Below the pieces are notes generated by a model, which saw only the letters and a program-made list of their open reading frames with translations, was not told the origin of the DNA and ran no database searches. A stretch of DNA of 64,000 nucleotides, from contig MTLY02000002.1 in assembly GCA_002011035.2 (NCBI GenBank), positions 417,130-481,129 of the forward strand, in the 5' to 3' direction. Each line of letters begins with the position of its first letter. Positions within the stretch are counted from its first letter, which is position 1. Shown piece after piece: positions 16,876 through 26,505 of the stretch. The DNA is from Candidatus Hecatella orcuttiae. Its GTDB lineage: Archaea; Thermoproteota; Bathyarchaeia; Hecatellales; Hecatellaceae. The position numbers and the translations under genes were made by a program.

Positions 16876-18375
16876 TTAGCACATGATTAAAAACAGCCAC
16901 AGTGGAATGCGGACTGTGTTTCCTGAAAGTTCGAGTTTTTCCCGTGTGACAACTAGGCTGAAGGGTGGTCTGTGTTTTTGAGCGAAGTCCCTTAAACCTC
17001 TCAAGTCCTTTTCGCTTATTCTGTCCTTGTATTTCACTTCTATGGGGATTGGTCTTTGAAGTAGCTCTATTATGATGTCGGTTTCGTATCCTTGGCTTTT
17101 CCAGTAAAAAAGTTGCAGCTCTGAGGCAGGCTCAAGGTTGAACTTAAGCCGTTTACAATGGTCTGCCACCACACTTTCAACTACTTTTCCCAGTTCCGCG
17201 CTGTCTTTCAGAAGGTATTCACTAAAGGCTGCAACAGTAACATTTCGTATACCAGGGTCGTTGACGTAGACTTTCTTTTCCCTTCGTATTCTCTTCATTC
17301 GGCTGCGAGAGTAGTACTCGGATTCGGATATTAAAAAAGCAGTTTTGAGATAATAGAGATAGGCTTTCAAGGTTTGCCTCTTAAGCCCTAGGGTGTTGGC
17401 CAGTTCAGAATAGTTCATCCGGTGGGAGCTCTCCTTTGCTAAGACCGTGATAAGTTCTTCGAAGGCTACTGGGTCTCTGATATTGAACGTCCGAACTATA
17501 TCTCTGTATATTGTCAGGTGGAGATAATTCCTGAGGTTCTCCGCGGATTGGTACAAGTCCTCGGCTGCTACAACTTCAGGATATCCTCCTTTTACTAAAT
17601 AATCCTGTAAAGAGAGGATGAAGCGATCTATGTCTCTTGCTAAAATGTTAGCATTATCTTGAAGCGCGGAGTAAAAGATGTACGGGTTCTCTCTGCGAAT
17701 TCCGTCTTGAAGTGATTTTCTGACCTGCCAGTTGACATTATCGAGGCGCTTTTCAAAGCTCTTCTCTTTCACGCGAAACCTAACTGTCTCTAAGAATTTC
17801 ATGGGGAAAACTATTTGAGGAGCAATTCTTCCGACAAGCGATTCTGCGGTCCCCGTCAAAATGTTAACGCTTGAGGAGCCTGATATGAAAAATTTTACAT
17901 TATATCCTAGGTCAAACCAGCGTTTCAGGACGCTTTCCCAGTTTTGGAGGAACTGTATTTCATCCAAGAAAAAATAGACCGGTTTTTCTAAGCGGAAAAG
18001 GGATTCCTTAAGGATGTATTTTGAATACAGGTCAAAAATAGCTTTCAAGGATTCGATCGTGATCTTGAGATACAGGTCGTCCAAGGAAACATACATAACT
18101 CTTGACGGTCCAACCTTTGAAATAACGTGCTCGATTAACTGATACATTAAAGTGGTTTTTCCGATCCTTCTTGCTCCCACAATGGCTGTTATCTTTTGAT
18201 TTTCAACCGTTTTGAGAAGTTTATAATAGTCCCGCCTTTTAAATTCTGGAGCTTTGGTGGAAGGAACTTTCCCTGAATCCCACCAAGGATTATATATGTA
18301 CAGGACCCTTAACAATTCAATTTCATCGAGCTTACATGCCTCGCTGTTTCCGCTTCTAACCAAATCCCTCACCAA
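16876..18375 (-). CDS. AAA+ ATPase (AAA_14 / DUF4143 type) with wHTH and C-terminal PD-(D/E)xK-like motif
   Basis: GARRIGKTT, FFLDEIQ, ISGSS, GGYPE, KVYVNDPG, ETDII...IPIEVK; AT-rich relative to flanks. Confidence 0.9.
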   Translation of the reverse strand: MVRDLVRSGNSEACKLDEIELLRVLYIYNPWWDSGKVPSTKAPEFKRRDYYKLLKTVENQKITAIVGARRIGKTTLMYQLIEHVISKVGPSRVMYVSLDDLYLKITIESLKAIFDLYSKYILKESLFRLEKPVYFFLDEIQFLQNWESVLKRWFDLGYNVKFFISGSSSVNILTGTAESLVGRIAPQIVFPMKFLETVRFRVKEKSFEKRLDNVNWQVRKSLQDGIRRENPYIFYSALQDNANILARDIDRFILSLQDYLVKGGYPEVVAAEDLYQSAENLRNYLHLTIYRDIVRTFNIRDPVAFEELITVLAKESSHRMNYSELANTLGLKRQTLKAYLYYLKTAFLISESEYYSRSRMKRIRREKKVYVNDPGIRNVTVAAFSEYLLKDSAELGKVVESVVADHCKRLKFNLEPASELQLFYWKSQGYETDIIIELLQRPIPIEVKYKDRISEKDLRGLRDFAQKHRPPFSLVVTREKLELSGNTVRIPLWLFLIMC

Positions 18376-18403
18376 TAAATTGTACAGTATAATGGTCGAG
18401 ACT

Positions 18404-18441
18404 TATTGTAATTTGACCATTATAATGGTCAAATTACAATA
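18404..18441. repeat. Perfect 38-bp palindrome
   Basis: TATTGTAATTTGACCATTA|TAATGGTCAAATTACAATA, checked base by base. Confidence 0.95.
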
Positions 18442-18560
18442 TAAACATGATCTGTGTAATGGCCAAAACGAAATCATCCAGATTGCAATGATTCTCAGTA
18501 CTGTCTAGAAGGCTTGATAATTTAAATGGATGCCTGGGGAATCTATGTTTCTCCGGCAAG

Positions 18561-19400
18561 TTATAGGGGCATGTGGTCTTTTCGGTAGACCCAGACCACC
18601 AAGGGGATTGCCACCGCCAGGTAGGCGAGGTGGACGATTATTCTAGCCCATTCCGCGTTGGTGGTGTAGCCGAACATCACCGCCAGCACCGAGCCTAGGA
18701 TGCCCTTGTGGTGCAGCAGGCTGCCTTTCGCTATGTTCAGGGTGTAAGCGTGTTCCCCCAGCCAGCCTGCTTCGACGCCGGTTTGCTCGTAGAACTCCAG
18801 CAGTTCGTGAACCCCATAGCCAGCGAGGCCTCCGGCTAGGAGGATCAGGAGGATGCTGGTGAAGTAGAAGAACCTGTGCAGGTTGATCCTCATCCCGGCC
18901 ACGAAGATGCCGTAGGATAGGATGAGCGCTGTGGCTGTTCCGGCGGCGATCCCGGCGAAGGTGCCTAGGGCGTCCTTCAGCAAGAAAGGCGTCAGGAAGA
19001 GCACGGTTTCCAGGCCTTCCCTGAACACGACGATGAAGGCTATGGACACCAGGCCGAGGATGGCGCCTTTGGTGACAACAGCCTCGATACGCCTCTCCAT
19101 ATCCCTTTTGATGTACTTCCCTTTGGCGGCCATCCAGTAGACCATGGAGGACAGCACCACCACGGCGACGAAGGCGGCGGTGGCCTCGAAAAGCACCTGA
19201 ACGGTCTTGGGCAGCACCCCGTAGGCAAGCCAGATGGATGCCCCTAAGCCTAGGCTCAGGGCCACTGCCAAGTAGGCTCCGTACCAGATGTAGCGGGACA
19301 GCGGCCGCCTGCCAGTTCTGACCAAGTAGGACAGTATTATGGCTGTGATGAGCGCTGCCTCAAGGACCTCTCGAAAGGTTATCAAATACTGTCCAAGCAT
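18561..19400 (-). CDS. FTR1-family iron permease
   Basis: Two RExxE motifs (FREVLE, FREGLE); multiple TM helices. Confidence 0.92.
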   Translation of the reverse strand: MLGQYLITFREVLEAALITAIILSYLVRTGRRPLSRYIWYGAYLAVALSLGLGASIWLAYGVLPKTVQVLFEATAAFVAVVVLSSMVYWMAAKGKYIKRDMERRIEAVVTKGAILGLVSIAFIVVFREGLETVLFLTPFLLKDALGTFAGIAAGTATALILSYGIFVAGMRINLHRFFYFTSILLILLAGGLAGYGVHELLEFYEQTGVEAGWLGEHAYTLNIAKGSLLHHKGILGSVLAVMFGYTTNAEWARIIVHLAYLAVAIPLVVWVYRKDHMPL

Positions 19401-19466
19401 AGGCGTTCTCCCTTCGACGGTGTAGCCGGACCTGTGAACCCGCTGGCTGTTTTTGGTTAGGAATAG

Positions 19467-19505
19467 TTAGGCTCGCCTAATATATAAATATTTAGGTTAA
19501 CCTAA
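19467..19505 (-). promoter_or_regulatory. Two DtxR/IdeR-type boxes flanking the TATA box of the FTR1 gene
   Basis: TTAGGCTCGCCTAA (19467-19480) and TTAGGTTAACCTAA (19492-19505) around minus-strand TATTTATATA (19481-19490). Confidence 0.8.
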
Positions 19506-19521
19506 CTTCTCGGCAGGAAAA

Positions 19522-20301
19522 CTAACGGAAGAAACCCTGCCTACGTCTAAGCCTTTGCACGTCAGCCAAGTAGGGCCAACGTTTCCGAACTCTGTTCACG
19601 GAGGCTAGGTCTAGTTTCACCTTCAAGCATTCCTCCCCCCCGCCGGCTTGGGCTACGACCTGCCCTTGGGGGGAAACGATAAAGCTCCCCCCCTCCACCC
19701 TCCTCCCGTCGGAGTAGGCTGTGGCGGTGTTGTTGACGAAGGCGTAGAAGACGGTGTTCTCCGCCGCCCGAGCCGCAGCCACATGCCTCCAGAGTGCTAG
19801 CCTGTCCTCGGGGATGTTGGAAGGGTTGAGGAGCACCCTCGCCCCCCGAAGAGCTAGGCTTCTGGAAACCTCCGGGTACAAAGCGTCCACGCAGACCACA
19901 GCCCCCACACCGGTTCCCTTCACTTGAAAAACCGGAAGCCTCCGCCCCGGGGAGCAGAAGGCCCTCTCCCCCACCGCCTGGGAGGGAAAAAGCTTGTCCG
20001 AGAAGCCTAAAACCTCCCCCTCCCTACCTAGGAAAGGCGCTGTGGAATACACCTGGCCTCCCCGTCGGAGGAAGAAGGCTCCGGCTAGAAGGTGAAATCC
20101 GCCTGCCTTAGCAGCCTTTCCCAGCTGGGAAAGAAGGGAGGCAGCGTCCCGCGGGGAGAGGATGTCTCCTCCCAGCCAGACCTCCGGAAGGCAGACGAGG
20201 TCTACGCCTCTGATTCCTCGGAGAGTCCGCAGCATCTTCTCGAGGTTCTCCCGTTTCTCAGGAAGTCTGGCAAACTGGACGAGAGCTATCTTCAGTTTCA
20301 C
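19522..20301 (-). CDS. Carbon-nitrogen hydrolase (nitrilase family)
   Basis: KIALVQ, CLPE, K, VCVD catalytic triad pattern; start moved to GTG 20301. Confidence 0.88.
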   Translation of the reverse strand: MKLKIALVQFARLPEKRENLEKMLRTLRGIRGVDLVCLPEVWLGGDILSPRDAASLLSQLGKAAKAGGFHLLAGAFFLRRGGQVYSTAPFLGREGEVLGFSDKLFPSQAVGERAFCSPGRRLPVFQVKGTGVGAVVCVDALYPEVSRSLALRGARVLLNPSNIPEDRLALWRHVAAARAAENTVFYAFVNNTATAYSDGRRVEGGSFIVSPQGQVVAQAGGGEECLKVKLDLASVNRVRKRWPYLADVQRLRRRQGFFR

Positions 20302-20376
20302 CGCTTCCTTCCCCTGGTTGCCGGTAGTTTTAAGGCGGGGCTCCGCTAATCCTTTTACGTTTAAGGGGTTTAAACC

Positions 20377-20667
20377 TTGGAGCTCTCCCAGTTTCAGAGG
20401 ATGATGCACCGTATCTACTTTCACAGGGACCGTCGGAGGGGCCTCATGCCCACCTACATGTGGCTGCTGGAGGAAGTCTCAGAGCTGGGAAAAGCCTTGG
20501 TGGAGGGGGACAGAGAAGCGGTGGAGGCCGAGTTCGCCGACGTCGCCGCCTGGCTGAGCTCCCTGGCCAACGTGGCTCAGGTGGACTTGGAGAAGGCAGC
20601 CCTGAGCAAGTACAACGGCCGGTGTCCCCGGTGCGGGGCTGAGGTCTGCCGGTGTCCCTTCCGCTAA
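20377..20667 (+). CDS. MazG-like nucleotide pyrophosphohydrolase
   Basis: EEVSEL...EFADV motif; C-terminal CPRC...CRC. Confidence 0.88.
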   Translation: MELSQFQRMMHRIYFHRDRRRGLMPTYMWLLEEVSELGKALVEGDREAVEAEFADVAAWLSSLANVAQVDLEKAALSKYNGRCPRCGAEVCRCPFR

Positions 20668-20704
20668 GGGAAGCGCCGCGTTTCAGGGTGAAGGCGGAGG
20701 GGGT

Positions 20705-22270
20705 CTAAGTTTTTCTGTAGAGGATGAGGTCTCCTTGGCAGGTTTCTTGGACGGTGTACTCGGTTTTGACGGATTCTTTAAGCTTCACCCAGTACTCCCG
20801 GTTGAGGATGCAGCCGGGGTCAGGGGCTAGGACGTCCTTATAATAATTGTAGGCTCGAGCCCTGCAGCCTCCGCAGGTGTAGCGGAACCGGCATGAGCCG
20901 CAGTAGTCAGCCAGCCGGTCCTTGTCCCTCACCTTCCAGAGGAACTCGGAGTTTCTCCAAAGCTCTTCGAAATCATCCTCCAGAAGGTTCCCCACCTTCA
21001 CCTGCTCTTCGTGGGGGAAGAAGACGCAGGGATAGAGGTCTCCGTTGGGCTCCACGGAGAGGTAGAACCTCCCGCAGCCGCATCCCCCGATGAAGTCGGC
21101 GAGTCTCCTCAGCTGGCCTGAGAGCTTGGGGTTGTAGAAATGGGTGGGCACCACGTCGCTGTCTCCCCCTCCTCCCCCAGCCTGCTGGGCCATGCGGGCG
21201 AGGAGTTCGTCTTGGCTGAGGTCCCCCAGCTCCGTCTGCTGGGCTATGCGGGCGAAGTAGGGAGCCGTGGATAGAACGTCGATCCTCATGGTCTTCATCT
21301 TATTCCAGCAGAGGGTTAGGATTTCCTCCCGCTCCTCAGGGCTGAGGTCCGCCTCCACCATCTCCGCACCCCGCCCAGTGGGGACGAAGTTGTAGAGCAT
21401 GAACCAGTCGGCTCCCAGCTTGTCGGAAAACTCGATGAGAGCCGGGATCTCCTTGTAGTTCTGCCGGGTCAGGGTGGTGGCGATCTCCACGAAAAGCCCC
21501 TCCGCGACGCAGTTTTTTATGCCCTCCACGGTTTTCTCAAAAGCCCCGGGAACTCCCCGAAACTCGTCGTGGGTTTTGGGGTTGACTCCGTCGAGGCTTA
21601 TCTGGGCGAACTGGAGGCCGGCTTGCTTGTACTCCTTCAGCCTCTCCCGGGAGGAGAAGACCAAGCCGTTGGTGGCCATGGCCACGTACATGCCTCTCTC
21701 CGAAGCGCGTTTCACAAACTTGAGGATGTCGGGGTGAACGGTGGGCTCCCCCCCGGAAAAGGCTAGGATGAGCACTCCCGCGTCGCCTAGGATGTCTATT
21801 CCCCGGAGGATCTCCTCAGTGGAAAGTTCATCCTCTCCAGGGGCCCCTGCGTTTTCATAGCAGTGAACACAGCGCATGTTGCAGGCTCGGGTGATGTTCC
21901 AGACTATCTGGAAGGGGGCTCCCGGCACGTAGGGGTGGGTGACCCCGAACCAGCCGATGCCCTTGATGACGTTGACGAGGCCCCGCCGCCAGTAGGGGTC
22001 CTTAAACTTCTCCTTCAACCTCTCCTCGGTGACTCCGAAGGCCTTGGTGGCGGCCTTGAGGACGGGCATGAGGAGCTTCTTGGCCACCCGGCATCGGAAG
22101 CAGGCTTCGGAGCGCACTCCGGTGTAGAGCTCCAAGGCTATTTCCAGCCTGTTTCCCTCATCTCGGCTGCAACGCTTGGAGAGGGCTGAGAGAGTCCGTC
22201 TCATGATGGGGTTGTCGGCCACCAGCTTGAAGACTTGAACAGCGTCGGTGGTGGTAGCTGATTCTCCCAT
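20705..22270 (-). CDS. Radical SAM/SPASM domain protein
   Basis: CNMRCVHC, SGGEP, SPASM cysteines (CGCG...PC...CGSC...CGGCRARA...DPGC). Confidence 0.92.
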   Translation of the reverse strand: MGESATTTDAVQVFKLVADNPIMRRTLSALSKRCSRDEGNRLEIALELYTGVRSEACFRCRVAKKLLMPVLKAATKAFGVTEERLKEKFKDPYWRRGLVNVIKGIGWFGVTHPYVPGAPFQIVWNITRACNMRCVHCYENAGAPGEDELSTEEILRGIDILGDAGVLILAFSGGEPTVHPDILKFVKRASERGMYVAMATNGLVFSSRERLKEYKQAGLQFAQISLDGVNPKTHDEFRGVPGAFEKTVEGIKNCVAEGLFVEIATTLTRQNYKEIPALIEFSDKLGADWFMLYNFVPTGRGAEMVEADLSPEEREEILTLCWNKMKTMRIDVLSTAPYFARIAQQTELGDLSQDELLARMAQQAGGGGGDSDVVPTHFYNPKLSGQLRRLADFIGGCGCGRFYLSVEPNGDLYPCVFFPHEEQVKVGNLLEDDFEELWRNSEFLWKVRDKDRLADYCGSCRFRYTCGGCRARAYNYYKDVLAPDPGCILNREYWVKLKESVKTEYTVQETCQGDLILYRKT

Positions 22271-22369
22271 TTTCCTATCCTCCTACTCCGGAAAGAAAAA
22301 AATGTCTGAGGGTAATTCGGTATAATATTTTTTAAAGAAAAGCTTGTATTTAACGTTAACCTTCAACCG

Positions 22370-22642
22370 TTAACTCACGATGGACTGCTGACCTAGCCCT
22401 GTGGCAGTCCACACCGTCTTCCCCCTACCCGCCGGCACCCTCCGAACCAGCCTGTGCTCCTCCAAAAGTTTCAGGTGGTAGTTGAGGGCTGAGGAAGTGA
22501 GCTGGGTTTCCGAGCGGAGGTCCCTCAGGGGAAGCTGTCTTCTGTCCAAGGCGTAGAGGATGAGGGTTCGGGCTCTAACCCCCGCCTTTTTATTCCTCCA
22601 CCGGGGGAGGTACGCGTTGGGGTGGAAATGCTCCTCCGACAT
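22370..22642 (-). CDS. ArsR-like winged-helix protein
   Basis: LTSSALNYHLKLLEEHRLVRR. Confidence 0.75.
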   Translation of the reverse strand: MSEEHFHPNAYLPRWRNKKAGVRARTLILYALDRRQLPLRDLRSETQLTSSALNYHLKLLEEHRLVRRVPAGRGKTVWTATGLGQQSIVS

Positions 22643-22669
22643 GCTTCCACCGGCTTTCCCCGACGGCGG

Positions 22670-25600
22670 CTACATGAACTCCGTCAGCTCCAGGGTCTTT
22701 TTCCCCGCTTCACCTTCTCCCTCCGAGAAGACCGCTGCGATCTCCTCGGAAACCACTTCTATCCGCTGCCGGTAGTAGTCTTTGATCCCGTAGGTTTCAG
22801 CCAGCCACTCTGCTACTTTGAGGTATTTTTCCACGGAGCCCTTGTAGACGGTTAGGGATATTTCGCCTCCGCACTTGGAGCATCTACCCCTCAAAGGGAT
22901 GCGCCTGTGTTTTGCGTTGCATTTTTTACACCGGAAGGCTTGGGAGGCGAAGACCTTGAGGTTGCCGACGATGTCCCTCATGAAGTGAACGGCCAAAACT
23001 CTTTTGGCCACATCCTTCACGTCCACTCCCTCGATTTTCTCCATCAAGGCCATCTGCTGCCGTAGCTTCTCCTCCATGGTCCCCAGCTTCTTGTAGACGT
23101 TCTCCCCAACCCCCGAGTTGATGTCGGAGACCTCGTGGGAGAAGCCGTAGCCCTCATACTGGGCTGGGTTTCCCAGCCTGAACTGAACCATGTCTAGGAG
23201 GTTCATGACAAACCTGGGCGGCAGCTTCTCCCAGGTCCTCTGGAAGAATTCCAAGGGGTAAACATGGGAGAGGTCTAAGCTCCAAACCTGGTCGTCCACC
23301 TCCAAAGGGTTGACCAGAGGCGTCAGGAGGAGCGGCGCGTCCATGATGCCCCCTATCTGCGCGGGCAAGTAGTCTCGGGAAAAGTTGAGGAAGGCGTCCA
23401 ACGCCAGCATCACGCAGTCTTCGTCGCCGTCGCAGTCCCTCCGCTTGGCGGAAATCCAAAGGGGATGAGCGTAGCAAACGTTCAGCTTGGAGAAGCCGAC
23501 AATTCTGCCTAAGACCCCGGCTGAAGTGTGAGGTGAAAGCCCCACCACCAAGTGGCCTAGAAGGTCCCGTCTCTCTTGGGCGTTGTAAAACCTCGGAAGC
23601 CCGTAGAAGCGTTGGAGAAGCTCGTCCACAAACCCAGCTACCCGAACAAGGTAGTCGCCGCATTTCTCAGAGATTACAATGTCCTGAACCTTAAGCTCGC
23701 AAAGCTGGTCTGGGCCGGTGAGAGGGCGGCCTTCCCTGTCCACGGTGTAGCCCAGCCTCCGGAGGTCCTCCGCGGAAACCCCCACCTCCGAAGGGCGGAA
23801 GTGGGTGAGGGGAGCGTTGGTGAGATCATATCGGACGGTTCCATCCTTGAAGACGGTGAGGCCGTATTTCGCCCTCAGAAGCCCCTTCTCCAAGGGTTCA
23901 GGAATCCTAGTCTCGTTCATCAGCCCCTTAACTCCCTTCACCAGCTGGGGGAGAGACATCCCCAAGCGGGAGGACGCCTCCTTCAGCCAGCCCTCCAAGT
24001 CGATGTTCTGCCTCTCGTAGAAACGCCCCTCCACCCCGCAGGCTGCACACCTGTCGCCGGAGAGGGGCCTCCGGCATCGGGGGCAGAACCGGTGGAGGCT
24101 AGTCTTGGAGCCGCAGCTGGGGCAGAAGGGCAGGGGTGTGAGGCCGCCGCAGCCTCCGCATTTCCGCTTAACCAGCTCCACGTTCACCGCCTTCCCAGCT
24201 CCCTCCACGAGGTTCCGCTGAGCTCCCCCGCTGAGGCCTACGGGGAAGAGCACGTGCACAGGAGGCTTCATCTTTCTCTCCGCAGCCTTTTCAGGCCGCC
24301 CCATTCTGGCCCCTACGAAGCAGGAGTATTTGTCCCGAACCTCAAAACCCGCGGTGACGCTGACAGCTTGGAGAACCGTCAAGCCCTGTTCCAGCCGGGG
24401 GATTTCCCTGTTTAAGCCCAGGCACCAGGCTAGGGCGGCAGCGTCCCCGTCGGCCGCGATCAGCTTACCCTCCTCAACCCGGTGGGGTAGAAGCAGCCTC
24501 TCGAAGATCGTCTTAACCTGAGCGTCTAGGTCTAGGGTGATGGTCTCAGCCAGCTCTCCCCTCGTTTCGATTTCACCCTCAGCCAGGCGGCTTCTCAGCC
24601 GTAGGAACTCCTCCAAGCATATGTTCCGCCAGAAGTAGGTGTAGCGGGGGTGAAGGGGCACCCCCAGCTTGGAGGAAATTTTTATGGCCTCCGCCGCGCT
24701 GGGCTTGACAGCTAGGGGGCTGTCTGCTAAAGACTGGAGGCGGAGGTAGGGGATCCCTAGGTTTCCAGCGGTCTCCTCTCCCCTTTCTCCAAGGGCTTTT
24801 TTCAGCTCCCAAGCCCACCATTCCTCCACGAACCCTGAGGGTGCGAGAGGTTTTCCGTTCTCCAGAAACTCGGAAAAAGAAATAAGAAGGTCGCCTAGGA
24901 AGAGGATTTTGTCCACCTCCCCCTTCAAGGCTTGAGCCTTCTCCACGGTTTCCACCCTCACCACCGAGCCTGACTTCAGCCGGACCACAGGCGGCTCAAC
25001 GGTGTCCACAGCGCTTACAATCCCCCCTTTCTCAGGGAACTCCAAGCGCAGCTGGGTTCCCACAGCCATGAAGCCTCCCAGCACCGTCATAGTAGCCGGA
25101 TGCACCCCCACGCTGGTCAGGCCGGTGTTTCGGGCGCGGCCGTAGCGGAGCCTAAACCTGCTGCCGTACTTGGAGGTGGAGGGGAAGGAGAACACCGGCC
25201 GCCCGGCGATGATGTCGTGGAGGTAGGGGGACTCTGCTTCCTCCTCGCTTCGGCTGGCCGTGATCTTCCTCAGCCAGTCCCACCCTGTGAGGTTCAGCTC
25301 CCTGACCACCTTCCAAACCTTGGAAGCCCTGCCGACGATGCCGTCGTTGACCACCCGGAGGGCGCCTCCCCGCACCGCGTTGGTCTCTATCCCGGGGATG
25401 TTCCTGAAGTCCGCTACCTCCACCGGGTCTGTTCGGATGCCGGTGACCTCCACGGGAAGATGGTGGAGGACGTAGGTGAGGGTTTCGTCGTCCACGTGAA
25501 ACTGAAACCGGGAGACCTCCCGCTCGTAAAGCCGGAGCTCCTCGATGAACCGGGAGACCTCCTCGTCCCTAGCCCTGTAGGCTTCCAGCCCCAGCAGCCT

Positions 25601-26113
25601 CCGAACATAATCCCCCAGCACAGCCACCAGCCCCAGCTCCGTCCCCCCCGCCGACCTCATAGGGCCTGCGAAGTAGATGGCCAAATGCCTCAGCGCCCGG
25701 CCTGGGCCTCCGCTCCGCTGCTTCACGGCCACCCTGTCTATGCCTTGGATGGGCGCGGCGGTGACTCCCTCGGTGAGGATGGCGGTTCCCGTCTTAACCG
25801 CCTGCTCAGCCGCCTGCTCAGGGGGGAGGACGCCGAAGGCGCCGTAGACGATTTCCTCCGCGACCTTGAAGGCCATGGGCGCTCTGTCCAAGCGTCCCAG
25901 CTCCCTGATCTTCCTGCCAACCCCCGGGGGGCCTACCATGTATTCAACCCGGTCGGCTAGGTCTCGGGATACGCGGATTTCCTCCTCCACCGAGCCTTTA
26001 GGGTCGAAGCCCTTGGCCTTGGCGGCGTCGGCTGTTTCGAACAGGCCCTTGAGCTGAGCCTCCAGTCGGCTGAAGTACTCAGCGTAGGCTGGGCTTCGGT
26101 CTTGCGTGGGCAT
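22670..26113 (-). CDS. polC: DNA polymerase II (PolD) large subunit DP2
   Basis: GVTAAPIQGI, FRLRYGRAR, RMGRPEKA, KRRDCDGDED catalytic motif, zinc fingers; no intein seen. Confidence 0.97.
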   Translation of the reverse strand: MPTQDRSPAYAEYFSRLEAQLKGLFETADAAKAKGFDPKGSVEEEIRVSRDLADRVEYMVGPPGVGRKIRELGRLDRAPMAFKVAEEIVYGAFGVLPPEQAAEQAVKTGTAILTEGVTAAPIQGIDRVAVKQRSGGPGRALRHLAIYFAGPMRSAGGTELGLVAVLGDYVRRLLGLEAYRARDEEVSRFIEELRLYEREVSRFQFHVDDETLTYVLHHLPVEVTGIRTDPVEVADFRNIPGIETNAVRGGALRVVNDGIVGRASKVWKVVRELNLTGWDWLRKITASRSEEEAESPYLHDIIAGRPVFSFPSTSKYGSRFRLRYGRARNTGLTSVGVHPATMTVLGGFMAVGTQLRLEFPEKGGIVSAVDTVEPPVVRLKSGSVVRVETVEKAQALKGEVDKILFLGDLLISFSEFLENGKPLAPSGFVEEWWAWELKKALGERGEETAGNLGIPYLRLQSLADSPLAVKPSAAEAIKISSKLGVPLHPRYTYFWRNICLEEFLRLRSRLAEGEIETRGELAETITLDLDAQVKTIFERLLLPHRVEEGKLIAADGDAAALAWCLGLNREIPRLEQGLTVLQAVSVTAGFEVRDKYSCFVGARMGRPEKAAERKMKPPVHVLFPVGLSGGAQRNLVEGAGKAVNVELVKRKCGGCGGLTPLPFCPSCGSKTSLHRFCPRCRRPLSGDRCAACGVEGRFYERQNIDLEGWLKEASSRLGMSLPQLVKGVKGLMNETRIPEPLEKGLLRAKYGLTVFKDGTVRYDLTNAPLTHFRPSEVGVSAEDLRRLGYTVDREGRPLTGPDQLCELKVQDIVISEKCGDYLVRVAGFVDELLQRFYGLPRFYNAQERRDLLGHLVVGLSPHTSAGVLGRIVGFSKLNVCYAHPLWISAKRRDCDGDEDCVMLALDAFLNFSRDYLPAQIGGIMDAPLLLTPLVNPLEVDDQVWSLDLSHVYPLEFFQRTWEKLPPRFVMNLLDMVQFRLGNPAQYEGYGFSHEVSDINSGVGENVYKKLGTMEEKLRQQMALMEKIEGVDVKDVAKRVLAVHFMRDIVGNLKVFASQAFRCKKCNAKHRRIPLRGRCSKCGGEISLTVYKGSVEKYLKVAEWLAETYGIKDYYRQRIEVVSEEIAAVFSEGEGEAGKKTLELTEFM

Positions 26114-26123
26114 GGAGGTCCCT

Positions 26124-26366
26124 TCAGGCGATTTTTCTCGCGTAGAACATGTCGCTGAACTTGCAGTAAACGTCCACAGGCTGGCTTCCGGGAGGCGCGG
26201 GGACTTCCCCCGTCAAACCGCAGAGGCTGCAGCGGACTGAGGCGTTTCCTTCCCCTGGGCTTATGGTTACGTGGATGGAGCGTCCTCCGCACCGGGGGCA
26301 GATGAAAAACTTGGGAAGGGTTCGCTTGATTATCTTTACTACTTTCTTCCTCCGCCTTCTACCCAA
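26124..26366 (-). CDS. elf1: Transcription elongation factor Elf1
   Basis: MGRRRRK...LPKFFICPRCG...CSLCG...VDVYCKFSD; start moved to TTG 26366. Confidence 0.9.
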   Translation of the reverse strand: MGRRRRKKVVKIIKRTLPKFFICPRCGGRSIHVTISPGEGNASVRCSLCGLTGEVPAPPGSQPVDVYCKFSDMFYARKIA

Positions 26367-26505
26367 AACGATGCACCTAACCTTGCCATGTAGAATGTGG
26401 AGGTTATCTGAATTAAGCTTTAACCGGAGGCTTCCCCTGTTCACGGATCAGAACAGGCTGTTCTAAGGTGTAGGATTAAGGGCAAGCGGGCCGCTGTTAT
26501 TTTCC

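Noticed and set aside
18254-18508. 84-aa ORF across the palindrome, and the palindrome as a protelomerase (telRL) site
   Set aside because: The ORF overlaps the ATPase start antisense and has no motif; no protelomerase or other tyrosine recombinase is seen in the window.
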